Origin: Saccostrea echinata
Lineage: Eukaryota
Assembly (NCBI RefSeq): GCF_033153115.1
Contig: NW_026889805.1
Coordinates: forward strand, 20,026,001-20,090,000
DNA length: 64,000 bases
Direction of reading: 5' to 3'
The position numbers and the translations under genes are program-made. Shown one piece after another: positions 13,152 through 26,919 of this stretch (position 1 is the first letter of the stretch; each line of letters opens with the position of its first letter). The notes beneath the pieces were generated by a model that saw only the letters and a program-made list of their open reading frames with translations, did no database searches and was not told the DNA's origin.

Positions 13152-14603
13152 ATGACTTGATACGCTGAGTTTCTTGTATCTCTGTATCCTATATATATAC
13201 ATATAAAAATGCTTTATTTGCCAAAGATGTAGCCTGTATCTTCTTGTTTGATTCACTGTCCTTGTAAATAATTGTTATTTGGTAAGTAAGTTTGAGAAGT
13301 GATTCTGAGACTGGTAATTAATGAATTATTTATTTAATTAATCGGCAGTCAATAACTGGTTCTTCTTAATTAATTGAACATTCATTCCGATGGGACTTGA
13401 CTATCCAGTGATTCAGAAATATCTACATATACATGTATTCTTTTGTAGATTTTGCATATCATTCTTTGTCGGTAGATGTTTGTCTTATTTGTATGTTGCA
13501 GCTAATTATTTTGTTATTATGATCTATACAATGTAATAAAATACCAGAGGTTGTATTAGCTAAAGTATTTAAAAACAATGTTATTATCATATATTTGTAA
13601 AATTCACTTTTTGTAGTTTAGAGAACAGAAATAAAACCTTCGAAATAAATAATTTTTTGTATACAATCCTATTTTACTTTTTAAAGCGTTAAACAAATAT
13701 TGTCTTCTTTAATACTATAGAACAATGACCTTAAAACTTTCACATAGGATAGAGAGTATGAGGGGGATATTGAAATCTCGTATAAATCAATTGTATGAAA
13801 ATTGTGTACTGTCTTTCTGTTTTCAGAAGTGGGGGAAAGAAGAAGATACGTGTATATGATCAGTATGAACTGGTTCTAACCGACAGGGCATTTAATAACA
13901 TAGTTTTTTAAGGCTCATTGTTACAACTGCATTTTAGAAGGACTTGGCTTTAATTCTAGAATTGGTAATCAAACTTACATTTGCTTATAATCGCAGCTCC
14001 CTTTCAAAGGAAGAAATTCTTCAAAAATTTATTGGGCTGGGTATCGGCTTGAAATTTCGTATTGCGCTATACTGCGATATTTTTAATTGTATTGAGATAT
14101 GTTTTGCTATCTTCAATAAAGGTTCAAATGACCTTTTCTCATTTTATTAACCTCAATTCATAAGCAGAGTGTAATTTACTATTATAAAAACGTTTTACAA
14201 GAAAGTTCTTCAGTTGTTGATTTCACTATAGTTTTGCAACAAAATGTAACCATACAACAGCAATCTTACTGTTTGATACGATTGAAAACATTTTCAACAT
14301 CATAAATTTCATATTTTACTTCAAAAATCCCAAGCCCATGCATCATTTTCCGGCAATTTTTATCGGTACTGAGAAAACGTATCGCAATTATATTTTTGTC
14401 AATGAATCGCAATATACCAGAATATTGATATTATTGGGCAGCTCTAAAAATTTACGTTCTAGTTTCATATATTGATAATTCCAACAGGCAAAAACACCTA
14501 CACTAGATTCAAAAACCAAATTTAAAAAAAAAAAAACATATATGAAATAAAATGCATATATGGATCCAGTAAATCTGGACAAGCGAGGAAAGGAGTAAAT
14601 GGC

Positions 14604-15965
14604 TGTTACAGTGCGAAATGTAACGACAACGCAAAATGTAATAAACTGGGATTATTATATTTTGCGTTATTACATTTTGCGTCCAGATAGATCAACGCAA
14701 AAAGTAATAACGCAAAATATATAACACGATTTTTGGATTATTACATTTTGCGTTATTACATTTTGCGTTGGGATTAACGCAAAATGTAATAATGCACTTT
14801 TTGGTTGTTACATTTTGCGTTACTTATTTTTTGCGTTAAGGACATCGCAAAATGTAATAAAACAAAATGTAATAAAACAAAAATAATTATTTTTTTGTAT
14901 TGTTTTCAACGCGAAAGATCACAAAATTGATTTTAATATATAACAATGGGAAAAAATCGATTTACTAAACAGACAGACCTATGACTATTAGACAAACGTT
15001 ACGGCTTTAACGGACATTACTAAATCTATTTGTATATTTTTTAAACTCTGTTCCTAACATTTTTATTGAATTCATATAAAACATTAACTTAATTTTCATT
15101 GACATGTCTGTTTATAAATCAGTCTGTATTATATATCCATCACTGAAACTCTTGATTACCAAAGATTGACCATGGGTCCATTAAAAGCTCTTAATATGCA
15201 TGTACGACGTGCATGTGTACATTGGTTAGCAAAGAAGTGCATGTGTGTGAGTGTCCGGTGAGGGGAAGCGATTCGTATGTTGATCATTGTATTTTTATGC
15301 GCATGCAGAAACAATTCATTTTATTATTGGAGAGAGAGAGAGAGATTTTTATTTTTGCTGGTCTGCAATGCACATGATTTGTAAAACAGTGTGATATCTT
15401 AATTGTCAAGAAACCCCCTTCCCATTATACTTGCCAGTAAAAATAAATAGATTTCTTTTCTAAATTTCGTTCATGTTCCTATGAAAAAGCAAAAGCAAAC
15501 TGATACACTGATCAACGAAATAACACCCCCCCCCCCAACACACACACACAAAACACGTGTGCACGCACGTTTCTACTTTGCAACACCTATGATCTGAATA
15601 TCAACTGATTTTAAAGGGCTAATGAAATCAATATATGATGAAATCAGATCTAATGTAAGAATAAGCATATGTTTATTTTTCCTTTTGTTTTATTTTCTTT
15701 CTGTTTATTTTCTTCATCCACTATTCAATTGAAAATTATTCTCAACCTGACTGACCAAAAAATGTGTTACTACATTTTGCGTTGTTGTATTTTGCTTAAT
15801 CTCGACGCAAAATGTAACAACGCAAAATGTAATAATCCAAAAATCGTGTTATTACATTTTGCGTTATTATATTCTGCGTTGATATCGACGCAAAATGTAA
15901 TAAAGCAAAATGCAATAATCCCAGTTGTTACATTTTGCGTTGTTATTACATTTCGCGTTGTAACA
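14604..15965. mobile_element. Non-autonomous DNA transposon, Ginger-like
   Basis: TGTTACA...TGTAACA termini, about 250-bp inverted arms made of ACGCAAAATGTAATA repeats, 4-bp TSD TGGC. Confidence 0.7.
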
Positions 15966-17454
15966 TGGCTAAGGCGAAAAAAATCTATTTCATTTCAAGC
16001 AAGAGATCGGCTCAGTTCTTATTATAGGGTTATCTCCCCATGCAGATGGTACTACCTTCTTAACTGTTTATGGTCTTGGGGAGGATTAAGTTCTCTTGCC
16101 TTTAGGGAGGAGGGTCCCAAATTAAAGCATTAAAAGCCAAGTTTACTGCGCAAATTTTTTATAACACTGAAAAACCTTGGAGGGTTTGGAGCTTACGCCC
16201 CCCCCCCCCTTCTCCCATTAGATTCACTCATATAAGCAATACTTTTAAAGATAAAAAATAAAAAGCTGTTTTGAATGTTTCTGTTTCTTTAATGATTTTT
16301 TTGAGTAGATTAAAGTAATTTTATATTTATCTATGATTTTACAATACAATGTACCTTTGCCTCTTTCCTACAATCTTTTGTTATGCGATGGATTGCATTG
16401 TTACGGATCCATAAAAGTCGGGCATCCAAACGTCCTCCCAGTGTTATGAGGCAACGCACACTACATAATAATCGACAACAGAACTACTCATCAAACCATT
16501 GTCAAACGTCCAAACATGGTATCATGAGAGATACCACAGAGTCAGTATAAAGTGGAATTGACCTTATATCAGAAGTTAACAGTTGAAATTTGTCAATATA
16601 GTGCAGTACATAGAACTTCTCCGGGGGCTTTTTTTTTATCTATCATTATATAAGGCAACATTTTCAGTTTTTAATTAAACTTTTTTTTAACTGACCTTAA
16701 AAATACATATTGATAAAGAATCACACTTAGCATATATTTAATAAGTCTAATAATTAAAGTTATGGCAATTGTGAAAATTGCAAGCTGACTTTATTCCTCA
16801 CAAAGATCAAAAGGCTAATTCAACATTTCTGGACCAAAACAAATTATTGTTAACAAAGTTTGATTCGAATATCAAGAATGAGAAAAATATGGAAAGTAAC
16901 AGATCAGTGTATTGAACATAAGATAAAAAAAATTGACATAAGTATATACATCTTATTAATACAAAAGCCAGATTATTATCAATAGAATTAAGCATTTATA
17001 CACAAAAAATTACCGGTAGCAAATAAATTATAGAAATGAACATACCATCCTTTTTTCTATGACCACTAATAATAAAACTATAGTGTTCTTTTATTTGTTT
17101 AATCATAATCGTAAATTCCAAGCAGAATATGCCATATGTAAGATTAGCAAATTAATTTTCAAGTAATAATAAAGTGCATTCAGTGTAAAAAGAGAGACAT
17201 CATGAAAAATTTCACATCAGTATGGAATTCTAGAAAAAAAAATATCTATGATTAAAGTCATGTACAACAATGTACAACAATAAGCGTGCAGTAATAGATG
17301 GAGATTGACCATGCATCAGACTGGTTTACAGTAAAATTTGGAGTAAAACAGGGATTGAATATGTCAGGATTTTTATTCATACTCGTGATTGACTGGATCA
17401 TGAAGAAAACCACAAAAGAAAATATTTGTAACAAAGGTATCCGCTGAAACTTAA

Positions 17455-18008
17455 AGGGGCCTGGACATAGTTGCATTGTTTACAATTTTAAAATTCTATT
17501 TTAAATTTAAAAATATTTTCAGTTTAATTATTTAAAATTACCTGAATATTCTTAGAGATTCAATGACACAGGCATTCTTCATAACATCTTGTCAAAATAT
17601 TGTCTGTAAACAGGTCACGAGCTCTGTTATTGTTAATGTTTGTTTTACCGGGTGTGATCAATTTTTTTAGTCTGCACACATCACTGAGCACCTAACAATA
17701 CTGGTGAGTTAATTTTGCTTTCTCGCATTTCTACTCTACATATTCTTGATTGTAGTTTTCATATTTTTCATTAATATACAACGAAATCTCTACTTTTCTT
17801 AAGTATTATGGATAAAGTTTACCTCGTGAAAGTGCAAGGTTTTGTGTCAATCAAACGCGTACCGAGTTTTGATTATTTCCAGATAAAAGGAGTTTCTAAA
17901 CAATCTTTCACTATACTTCTGTGTGAATTGCTCTAGCAACATACAAGTCATGACAATATATCGAAAAGTTTAGAAAATATGACCTTTAAATCTGAGTCCA
18001 AGCCCCGT
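17455..18008. mobile_element. Internally deleted copy of the TTAA fold-back MITE at 57534
   Basis: TTAA-AGGGGCCTGGACA start. The segment 17603-18005 aligns with 57912-58319. Confidence 0.7.
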
Positions 18009-18030
18009 TATTAACAACCAAACTATATTA

Positions 18031-18770
18031 CCTCAATTATGCAAATGACATTGTCCTCACGTCAAGCAGTAAAAAACAAATACAACAGAAAAAATTGAAC
18101 ACCATATCTATGTCAACTGGATTATCCATTAATTCCGCCAAAACAAAAGTAATGAGATTAAACAACATCAATTACCAGAAAATAACAATCAATGGGAGCA
18201 TGATCGAAGATACTGACACCTTTGTCTATCTTAGTGCAACTTTTTAGTAAAGAAGGAGGTGGACAGACAGGGGGATCCGGAGAAGACTGGGTCATGCTAA
18301 GGTAGCTACAGCAGACTCCCCAAGATAACTTTCAATTCGGACCAAATTGAACATCTTCGAGTCAAACGAAATATCTGCTTTGTTGTATGGCTCTGGAACA
18401 TGGAAGATGAGCAAAGAAGATAAAAACTGCTTGCCATCTTCCTCCATAGATTTCTAAGAAAGATTATGAGGATATTTTGGCCGGTGAAAATCGTAAATGA
18501 TAGAGTAAGAGAACTAGCAAACATGGATAAGATCCGTAGAAATGGATAGGACATATGCTGAGAAAGAGAACAGATTGCAATGACAGAATAGCATTAACGT
18601 GGAGGGATGGAAGAGCTAAGGAAGACCAAAGGAAACATGGAGTGGAACCGTAGAAAAGAAAGGAAACAACTTGAATTTAAATTGTGGAGTGAAGCTGCCC
18701 TCCAAGAGAACTAATCAATGGCCCTATTCTCTACAGGGATATGGAATTAAGTCCAGTTTAAGTCAACTCA
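18031..18770 (+). pseudogene. 3' fragment of an RTE-clade non-LTR retrotransposon
   Basis: Frameshifted RT C-terminal motifs (YANDIVL, INSAKTKVMR, FVYL, KWIGHMLRK, RIALTW, GRPKETW) followed by a TAAGTC-type tail. Confidence 0.75.
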
Positions 18771-19152
18771 ATGAAGTATAGAGGCTTTTATTATATAATT
18801 GTATAAAAGATGAAATAAAGAGATGCCAAAGGCTTTGACAGGTTGGAAACGAATGAATATTACACGTATCAAGAGAAAATAAAAGAGCAGAAATAAGAAA
18901 ACAAATACATGTATTAAAAAAAAAACACGCAAAACTATTTGGGTAGTGAGAGAAAGAGAGAGGGAGGAGAAGAGAATCGAGAAATGCAAAACTTAGCATT
19001 TCGTTTTGGTGGTTCTTTTTATAACATACTGTTGAGTTTAAATTTTGACATTTATACCATCTTATCTTTTTATTTTTATTTTATGTTGTATATTGATTTT
19101 TTTTACATTGATTGTCATATATAACAGTTTTTATTGTATTTTGTTACCTTCA

Positions 19153-22100
19153 TTTGTGACCCGATAGCGGTGTTTTTCTTTGATGTGTGCTCTTCTGTAT
19201 TAGCAATACAGAACGGGACTACAGTTGGCAGAGCTACTTTCCGTTCTGTATTAGCCCTATATATATACTGTCTTGTATTGGCCAACTGTTCTATATCTAA
19301 AATACAGCATGGTCTATAAATAAATCTAATTCAATTTATCAAAAGCACGTACAAATAGTAAATGATGTTTTTTTTTCCTATTATAAATTTTGGAGAAATA
19401 TTTCCTTAGGAATGTAAAATGTCAAAATTTCTAAATCACTTTTTAAAAATCATTCCACACAGAATCTACACGTTATTTCGATCCAAACGAAAAAGGAAAA
19501 TTCGCAATTATGGAAAACATCCTATGTTGGATAAATTCCTGAAAACCTGTTTCCTCTTCCTGCTTTTTGTGTCCCCTTCAAAATAGTAAAGCCAATGGGT
19601 TCACGGATGCAGCATTAATTAGGTGAAATTCGCAATCCCCCTCCCCCTATTTTCCACTCTTCTCGTGCAAACTCAATCAAGTCCATTTTCAGGGTTTTTT
19701 TTTATTTCATCTTAAATCCTTATCCCTGAAGACTGTTGCACATCTCTTTCACTTCGTTTAATGTTGCATTTCATTAAGAAACATAAAAATCCGTAACATT
19801 ACAGTCCATCGAAAAACTGTCTGTATCGCCTGTATGTGTATCTAGTTTAACTTAGATTTTAAGACCCCTGAAATAAATTAAGATTAATCTCCATCTACAA
19901 CAACGTTAAATCGTCCACCTTATCAATTAAGACTGACTTCAAGTCTGTTACGTCTACCCCGTTGTCAAAACTAATCTGACTCCATGGAAATACGAGGGGT
20001 GATCAAAAAGTTCGCGAACTATCTCTATATTTACGAAACCACAATTCAGATCAAAATGAAATTTGGCACACATTTAGTCATACACATGTTCTATAAATAG
20101 CATATGTTATATAATATCTTGCTCCGTGTTTGTGACGTCACAATGTGAAAATGACGTCAATATGTAGGTGACTTGTGACAAAAAATGGTTGACTCATTCG
20201 TACTCGAGCAACGAATGGCTGTAAACTTTAACGTATATATCGGAAATTCCTTTGCAGTAGAATATGATAATTTGTACAAGGTTAATGAAGACAAAAGACT
20301 TACCAGAAGTTCCATCATTAATTGGATTGATTGTTTTAGTGATGGCAGGGAGATGGTTAAAAATTATGTTTGTTCTATTGCCCAGCGAAAGCAAAGCGGT
20401 AAAAAGATGTGTCCTTTGTTGAGCAATTTCTTTTGAAAGATTGCCATGTTACAATTAGAAAAATAGTTGAATATCTGACCAATAATATAATTATTAAATC
20501 CCCAAAATATCGTTTACTTTAGACTTTAAACATACGAGATATGAAAAAAAGAAGGCGTCCATACATTTTTACACATTCGATAAACGACGCTCCCGAGACA
20601 GAGGACTCGGGTTGTGATGGTCACCATAATTAATCTGGAAAGGGATATCCTTATCCACCCATCCTATTGCCGAGATTTGGCCATTTCTGACAGGTGGTCT
20701 GTTCTTGTTATAAAAAATAACATACATGGTAAGAAATATAAGACTCGGAAAAATCTCTTAGCTTCTGTGAACAGACCGCTACGGAGCATGTCACGTGACC
20801 GCCTGGATCACGTGATTCGCGCATGGGCAAAACAATGGCAGATGTGCATTAAAATCGGAGAGGACTACTTTAAAAAATAATGAAAACTGAAACCTCATTA
20901 TATTTGTTTTAAGGAAGTAATTCAATTAGTTCGCGAACTTTTTGAGCACCCCTCGTATATATACTGCAGATGTATACTCCCCGTCGAGGACTCACCTACA
21001 GAGAGAACAAACGAACTCTGGCGGAAGTTTGGATGCTGCACAGTTATAAAGTGGGCGGTGCTTTTTTTTTTTTTTTTTTTTTTTTTTTTTGATTGATCGT
21101 GTCACAAATCATTAAGAGAACTCGACATGCAGTTTCTGTATCGTAGATACAAATTTGGGGTTGGAGAATCGTGCTACGCACTTGTCCACCCCCAAATTTG
21201 TATCTATGATACAGAACCCGTCTCGTTCTCTAAATAATACTTAATCGACCTTCTATGGTATATTTCTTCGGTTGTGCCCCTCCTGACAACCCAACTGACA
21301 GCTGAGAATTAGGTGAAGCAATGCTGGACCAAATAATAGTTATTTGCCATTAGAGTTTTTTTTCTGTAAATCGGACCAGACTGTTATAAATTTGCAACAG
21401 TGAAAAAAAATACACTATGTATATCTTTTTTGTGACACGAAAGCGGTGTTTTCTTTGAAGTTTGCTGTTCCGTATTAGCAATGCAGAAGGGGACTACAGT
21501 TGGCGGAGCTATTTTCCGTTCTGTATTAGCCCTGTATACTGTGTTGTATTAGCCAACTATTCTGTATCTAAAATACAGCACGGTCTATAAATAAATCTGA
21601 TTCAATTTATCAAAAGCACGTACAAATAGTTATTACCGATTTTTTCCTATTATGAACTTTGGACTAATTTTCTTATGAATGTAAAATGTCAAATTTTCTC
21701 AATCACTTTTAAGAACTTATTCCACATAGAATCTACACGTTATTTCGATCCAAACGAAAAGGAAAAATCGCAGTTATGAAATCATACTGTGCTGGATAAA
21801 TTCCTCAAAATCTGTTTGCCTTCTCTGCTTTTTTGCGTTCCCTTCAAAATGGTAAAGCGTTTTTACTGTCGCATTTCAATAAGAAAATAAAAATCTGTGA
21901 CATCCGAGTCCACCGAAGAGCTGTCTGTATCGCCTGTATTTATACCTCGGTAAACTGAGATTTTGAGACCCCTCAAATATATAGCAGGATCAATCTCCAT
22001 AGTGTCATAAAACTACTAGAAAGTTAAATCGTCCACCTTATCCATTATGAAATCAAGTCAATTTACGTCTACCTTGTTGTCAAACCTAATCTGACTGAAT

Positions 22101-22320
22101 CTTACGTTGTCCGTAGAAATATATTTACTGCGGATGCTGCACAGCTAAAAGTGGGAGGTGCTTATTGTGATTGATCGTGCCACAAATCATTTAGAGAACT
22201 CGACAGGTTCTGTATCATAGATACAAATTTAGGGGCGGAGACTCATGCTACGCACTCGTCCACCCCCAAATTGTATCTACTATATACAGATCGAACCCGT
22301 CTCCTTCTCTAAATAATACA
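19153..22320 (+). repeat. Local tandem duplication of about 0.9 kb (19153-21240 including the mariner; 21428-22320)
   Basis: Long co-linear matches such as GGGACTACAGTTGGC and GAATCTACACGTTATTTCGATCCAAACGAAAA. Each copy ends in a roughly 120-bp hairpin MITE (21114-21231, 22192-22311). Confidence 0.9.
19993..20955 (+). mobile_element. Defective mariner element, copy 2 (963 bp, internal deletion)
   Basis: About 28-bp TIRs and TA TSD. Transposase remnants EQRMAVNF, HPSYCRDLAISD (a degenerate HPPYSPDLAPSD) and WQMCIKIGEDYFKK. Confidence 0.9.
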
Positions 22321-22634
22321 TAGATGAAAAAGAAATTCATTACGAACGTACAACTATTTTAAAAAAAGAAAAGTACATGTAGATGTGACCGGGAATTTAA
22401 AATAAAAAGCTTTCATATACTACGGGTTTTCATGTTCATAATTTCCTTCTCGGGCTTCCATAAAAATAAAAATACATGTAAACAAAACCGCTCATCAAAC
22501 AAGCGCGCAATAATATTATTAATTACGTGTTAAGGAAGATTTAAGTACAAAAGTCGTTTTTTTTTCTTAATTGGAAACAATAGATCAATGTTTGCAGGTA
22601 TTTTTAACGTTGCCCCTTCAGGGTAAAGTAAGTT

Positions 22635-22649
22635 CAAACCGAAAGTAGA
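22635..22649 (+). promoter_or_regulatory. IRF-element-like 15-mer upstream of the paralogue 2 ATG
   Basis: CAAACCGAAAGTAGA, identical to 47510-47524, ending about 20 nt before the predicted ATG. Confidence 0.5.
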
Positions 22650-22668
22650 TACTTTTTACCGCCTTGTA

Positions 22669-25600
22669 ATGTCGAAGAGAAAATCTAATGAGGAGTGGGG
22701 AGATTCAGACAGGCCTAGAAAGAGGTTATCTAAAGGGTGAGTAAATCATCCATTATAATCATACCTGTTTTCTGGAAAATTAGTAGATCATAATGACATT
22801 CATGAAACAGTCAAAGCTATTTAATTTGTACCTGTCCTCGGTCCGGAACAATATTACATCTGTAATAGTGATAGTTTTATGTTGTTTTAATTATTATGAT
22901 ATTCAAATGTATAATTTATTAATTATACATTTATGAATATGCCACAACTGATTTTAAACTCTGAAGTGCATGTATTAATCTGTGTGTCAATCATTATTGA
23001 CAAAGACAAATAATTTAAAATCAAATATCAATAATATTTAATAAAATAATTTATCAAATAAAATAATTAAATAAATTAAATAAAACAAACTAATTGAAAT
23101 AAAATAAACAATCAGCTAAAACCTTAGATCCACTCCTTGTTTTATCCCTACACCTGTAATAAGCTACCTGAGTAGAATTCAACTTTCTTTAATCCTATTG
23201 GTCAAAACTTTTACCTCCAAATTCTGGACATGAGACAAAGACATTATTCAGATTGCTTTCAGACTGAGAAGACATGATTCTCATATATAAATTATAACTT
23301 TTACTGTGAACTGGCAACCAGATCCTAATATTACATACAATGATAAAGTGCCAGTAATTGTTGTTAAAACAAAAGTACCTGATGAGGCACTCTGTTCCAT
23401 AAACAGGGTATTATTATCCACAGATATTATCATCTACATTAACAAATAAATCACCATCAACGAACCCGCAGGTGTCTTGGTTATATTTAACATCTTTACC
23501 TGACCCCTGTTACACATCGACGATTATAATGATGTTCTAATCAATCTTGATGAAGATATATAGAACTTTTCAGTTGCACTGTTTACGTACATCAAGTCTG
23601 CCTTGAAGAGTTAATTGTTAGAAACATAGCATAGCTAGCTACAGCTGCACACAGGTAACTTCTTTATTGTGGGCTTCATAGTGAAGTTCTCGATGAATGT
23701 TGAAAGCATTAAGGAAGCCTCGCTAACGTAATGGTGTCACTGTACTGCTGTCATTGTCAACCAAGTCCGTTTTAGATTGTGTAAAACACCTCTTGAGTAA
23801 AGCGGATTCTTAGAACAAGAGCATGTTTTACAATGCTAATCTGTTTTGCCCTTCCTTCTTTCTTTCTTATCAAGCTGTACATTTTCAGCTTTCTGAAGGT
23901 TCGTGTGCTCTACTTGGTGTCCTGTAGTCTAGTCTCGGAGACTTTAATATAAGCCGTTGTGAGTCTGTGAATTTCTCCAAATATGTGAATGTCAAGGACA
24001 ATCGTTGTAGATTCCCTGTCAACGAGCAAGTAACATACTCTTAGTTTTTACCCTGATTTTGACATCCGTACATTGATTTGGGTCACTCACTTCCATGTTG
24101 GTCTCTCCTGGCTTTTCAAGGTTTCCTCGAGTGTTTAAAATCATATCCGCCTACCTACTCTATCACCTTTTTGCACTAAGCATGAGATATTCTTCAAAGT
24201 TTACAGTAAAAATTTGGTGGACTGTTAGTCCCCGAGGGTCTCTACAGCCCAGTAGCTAAGTACTTCGGTACTAGCTTGAAAATAATTTAATTGCTGTGGT
24301 AAAATTCAGAAATTTATTTCAAAATTAAGGATGATCTCCCTCATGCATAGCTCTAGTCCTTCGATGTATTTGGCTCCAGTCTTTGGCACACCTTTTTCAG
24401 CTCTTCAAGGTTTTTTTTTTCTTTTTATATAAATATTTCGGATTTCCAAACTTTCGCATGAGCATCACTGAAGAGACGTAATTTGTCGAAATGCGCATCT
24501 GATGCATCAAAATTGGTACCGTATATGATTTAATTACATTATATATATATTGCATGTAGTTGAGGGTAACATGTTACCCTCAACTACAATCAACATTTGT
24601 TACACGTATATAAATCTGAATGTTTTATACAAATACATACAACAGTGAACCGGGCGCGCAAAGTTCTGCGAAATCTTTTTTTTTCTGTTGTTGTTGTTGT
24701 TGAAATAACACCCATCATTAAATAATGTTGACTGTTGCTATGTTCTGTCAAGCTGGAGAGCGTGATTTCATCTTTCAGAGGGTAACAGTGTTTTTTAACG
24801 AATGTACCTTGACGAATCAGATTTAATTAATTTACATGTATATGAAGGATTACACTGAAGTGACGTGTTCAGTAGTAAAGAAAACAGCTGTATTTGAAAT
24901 CTTTATTTAGCACAACTGTAGACGATGCATTGAACAAAATAGAGGAACAGGTTAAAGTAGTGAGACAGGAAATCCAAAATCAGGAAAACGTCCAGGGTCT
25001 ACACGAAACCATCGATCAACTGCAAAGGAAACTAGAAGCCGAAAAAAGCGCTAAAGCAGAGGCGCTTAAGGCTAAAGAAGAGGCCTTAAACAGGTTATGA
25101 TGATAGAAATAAATATTCAGAAAAAATAATTTCAGTGAATAAATTTTTTTCAGTGATGAAAATGAACAATTTTAAGGGGTTTTTTTTAACAGATTGAGCT
25201 CTGTGGCTGCAAATCGACTTCGAGATAATAATCCTGGTATTACTGATCTCAGTGACCCAAATCGACCAATCAAATTGGGAGAAAAAGCTTCTGAAATTTA
25301 CGACAACGAATGGACCAATGCTCTAGAAAATCTAGAGGAATTACGAAAAGCGACGGAAACTGCTTACGATGAAGAGAAGGATGTGATGCTTCTTCTGAGT
25401 ATTCTTACAGTAAGCACATTCCTACCTCAGTAGCAAAAGAACTCTTGTCTCTCTTTCTTTTCTTTCTAATTTTCAGACGCATTTAGCTATTTTTGCAAGG
25501 GAAGTGATTTTTTTTTTGTGTTCATAATGTTTTGCAGGATATTTTCCAGATGTGTAGAGCAGATGCCTTGGAACATATTGAGAACATATCTCGAGTGTTA

Positions 25601-26466
25601 CTCACGCCATCTTTTGTGAAAATCAAAGTACTAGTATATTAAAAAAATATCCTTTTTATCAAAATAAGTTTTCATTTCGATTAAAAGTCGCTCTTAGGAA
25701 AGTAAAATTAATGAATTAACTTAGATTGATCAATTTTTCAGCATATTTTGAACGAATAATAAAGCAATTCAAATTCGAATCGCAGATAAATTCTTTTGAT
25801 TGCGTAGATAAAGAAATGTTTAGAAATGAACTTAATTAAATCAGGTTTTATTAAAATCACGTGACAATTTTTGTATTTGGTTTTTTTTTCTTCTTACTCA
25901 TGCAGCATAAACCAAAAGTCCCCTTGGCTTTTTTGAAAGAAATTAAAGATTTTCGAAAACAGCATTGCACAGAATCGATACTCCAGAGTCTATCGGAGGT
26001 AAAAAAAAACAAACAAATCAAAACAAAGTAACACTGTTCTTTGTACTATTGGTATATGTAATATTCATAAGATAGAAAATAATTACTGCAGTATAAGTAT
26101 TGATTGTTGATTGAGAACCATTGATATACGTGAATATACTTGTGTTGGTTTTAGCATTATATGGAAAAGCTCCCGGAACAAAATCCAGATCAGCTTACTC
26201 CAGATGTTATTAAAGCCTGCAAGGAGTATATTCACAAATGTGTAGAACTGTCATGGTTGATGTCCATACAAGATCCACCTATGTGTTTAGAATGGCAATT
26301 CAAGGGCGGCGATTTCAGATCGGATACAATGCGATCTTTTACAAGGAGCGGGGAAAAAGTCCAGTTTGTCGTCTGGCCCGCCTTGTATCTTCATGATGGC
26401 GGACCTTTGGTTACCAAAGCAATTGTTCAAGGCATGAAAACTGGAAAGAAGAAAAGACGAAATTAG
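22669..26466 (+). CDS. MIEAP/SPATA18-domain protein, paralogue 2 (320 aa)
   Basis: Exons 22669-22736, 24911-25093, 25193-25409, 25538-25627, 25906-25998 and 26155-26466 sum to 963 nt with an open frame. Same core motifs (DLSDPNRP..YDNEW; CVELSWLMSIQDPP; FVVWPALYLHDGGPLVTKAIV) and same core intron phases as paralogue 1. The first exon is the least certain. Confidence 0.85.
24213..24535 (+). mobile_element. Terminal-repeat fragment of a Penelope-like retroelement
   Basis: Sequence surrounding the minimal hammerhead; minimal HHRs are characteristic of Penelope-like terminal repeats. No RT or endonuclease ORF recognised; boundaries approximate. Confidence 0.55.
24462..24505 (+). ncRNA. Minimal type I hammerhead ribozyme (Penelope-like element type)
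   Basis: GCATCA-CTGAAGA-GAC-gtaattt-GTC-GAAA-TGCGCA-TC-TGATGC. Stem I GCATCA/TGATGC, CUGANGA core, stem II GAC/GTC, GAAA, palindromic short stem III (ATGCGCAT), AUC cleavage triplet ending at 24499. Confidence 0.8.
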
Positions 26467-26919
26467 TTGTAATGAATCTAAATAAAGCGAAAGAAATTAA
26501 TGTTAAATATTCATTACAACAATAATTTGTATTTCAACAATATTGTATATTTTTCATAATATAGAACTCATAAAAGTTTAATGGATGAGGTATTGTTAGT
26601 TTGTAACAATATAGTTTTTATTCTTACATATGTTATTAAGCACTTATTAAATATACCTTGCTGATACGATCGATCTTCCATTTTTAGAAGCTCTGATATG
26701 TAATCCTCCTCACATCTTCTTGACTTTACATTAAATCAGTCAGACTCAAGTTATAATAGTATGTACGCCTTCAGAACCCCTTAAATATGTATGAAAATAT
26801 TGCAAAATATTGCAGGTAATGGTTCAGTATGTGACCTCAAGAAAACCCTTCAAAATAATGTTTTTTAGTGAAGGAGAATTTTAAATGTAACATTCAATTC
26901 CAAAATATATTATTATCAT

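Noticed and set aside
15669-16133. 154-aa Cys-containing ORF
   Set aside because: It is the translation of ACGCAAAATGTAATA transposon subterminal repeats.
20185-20880. Functional mariner transposase
   Set aside because: Two broken fragments, catalytic region largely deleted, YSPDL motif degenerate.
22388-22442. NF-kB-like sites upstream of paralogue 2 (GGGAATTTA, GGGTTTTCA)
   Set aside because: Incomplete matches to GGGRNNYYCC, expected by chance.
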